The notes below the pieces were generated by a model that was given only the letters and a program-made list of their open reading frames with translations, ran no database searches and was not told the origin of the DNA. Of a stretch of DNA of 64,000 nt, positions 63,612-64,000 are shown in pieces. A program made the translations under genes and the position numbers. How positions within the stretch are numbered: position 1 is the first letter of the stretch; every line of letters begins with the position of its first letter. This DNA is from Leucoraja erinacea (Eukaryota): contig NC_073402.1 of NCBI RefSeq assembly GCF_028641065.1, positions 28,768,001 to 28,832,000 of the forward strand, given 5' to 3'.

Positions 63612-63959
63612 AGGGCCTGTCCCACGAACATGTGACTCCATGCGGCAAGCGCGACCTAAAGCCCGCAGCCGCCTCGACGCGGTACGCACGGAGGTCGAGT
63701 GAGTGACGTGAAGTTCGAGCGAAGTCCGACTGGCGTCAAGGCGTTGCGTACGGTGTTGAGGTGGCTGCGGGCCGGCAGGCGCGGAATTTTTGAACACGGT
63801 CAGTTTTTCGGAGCCCCGTGCGATGTCGGGACCAGCTCCGCACAACTCCATACGGCTCCGGCGATCGAAGTGGGACCGGCCCCGCGAGGCCGTACTGCTC
63901 AAGCGACCATGTTAGGTCGCGCTTGCCGCATGCAGGCGCATGCTGGTGGGACCGGCCTT
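63612..63959. mobile_element. PIF/Harbinger-type MITE
   Basis: TIR AGGGCCTGTCCCAC...GTGGGACCGGCCTT, subterminal inverted repeat CATGCGGCAAGCGCGACCTAA, and TAA target duplication on both sides. Confidence 0.8.
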
Positions 63960-64000
63960 TAATGCAGTAAGTTAACACTCAGTAATGCCTGGTAACCAGA

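Noticed and set aside
61948-64000. Search for ZMPSTE24 exon 6 (VLVTIYADYIAPLFDKF-like)
   Set aside because: Not found in the readable sequence. It probably lies beyond the window or in the 62786-62956 gap, so no truncation is claimed.

Overview
Vertebrate nuclear DNA, most likely from a cartilaginous fish (skate/ray type). This is inferred from the HE1-like V-SINEs, HER1/CR1 LINE tails and gene orthology. Gene order on + is: 3' part of the giant terminal exon of RLF (C2H2 zinc-finger protein, 3-3434); two tandem, highly diverged two-exon TMCO2-like genes (21731-28448 and 39345-44770); and ZMPSTE24 exons 1-5 (50591-61947, continuing past the window). This matches the RLF-TMCO2-ZMPSTE24 order known from mammals, except that TMCO2 is duplicated here. 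The rest is dense repeat: CR1, Rex/Babar, L2 and L1 fragments, tRNA-derived SINEs, Penelope-like terminal repeats, and Harbinger-, ISL2EU- and hAT-type MITEs. The most notable signals are: (1) a ~140 bp SINE-like element, present twice, whose 5' end folds into a complete 54-nt minimal HDV/CPEB3-type self-cleaving ribozyme, one copy intact and one with the catalytic C changed to U; (2) many Penelope-derived short repeats carrying minimal hammerhead-ribozyme cores; (3) the TMCO2 duplication with a shared promoter motif pair. Three N gaps (30891-31337, 55628-55832, 62786-62956) and some garbled G-rich stretches limit confidence locally. All calls were made by eye, with no database searches; comparisons to human proteins are from memory.
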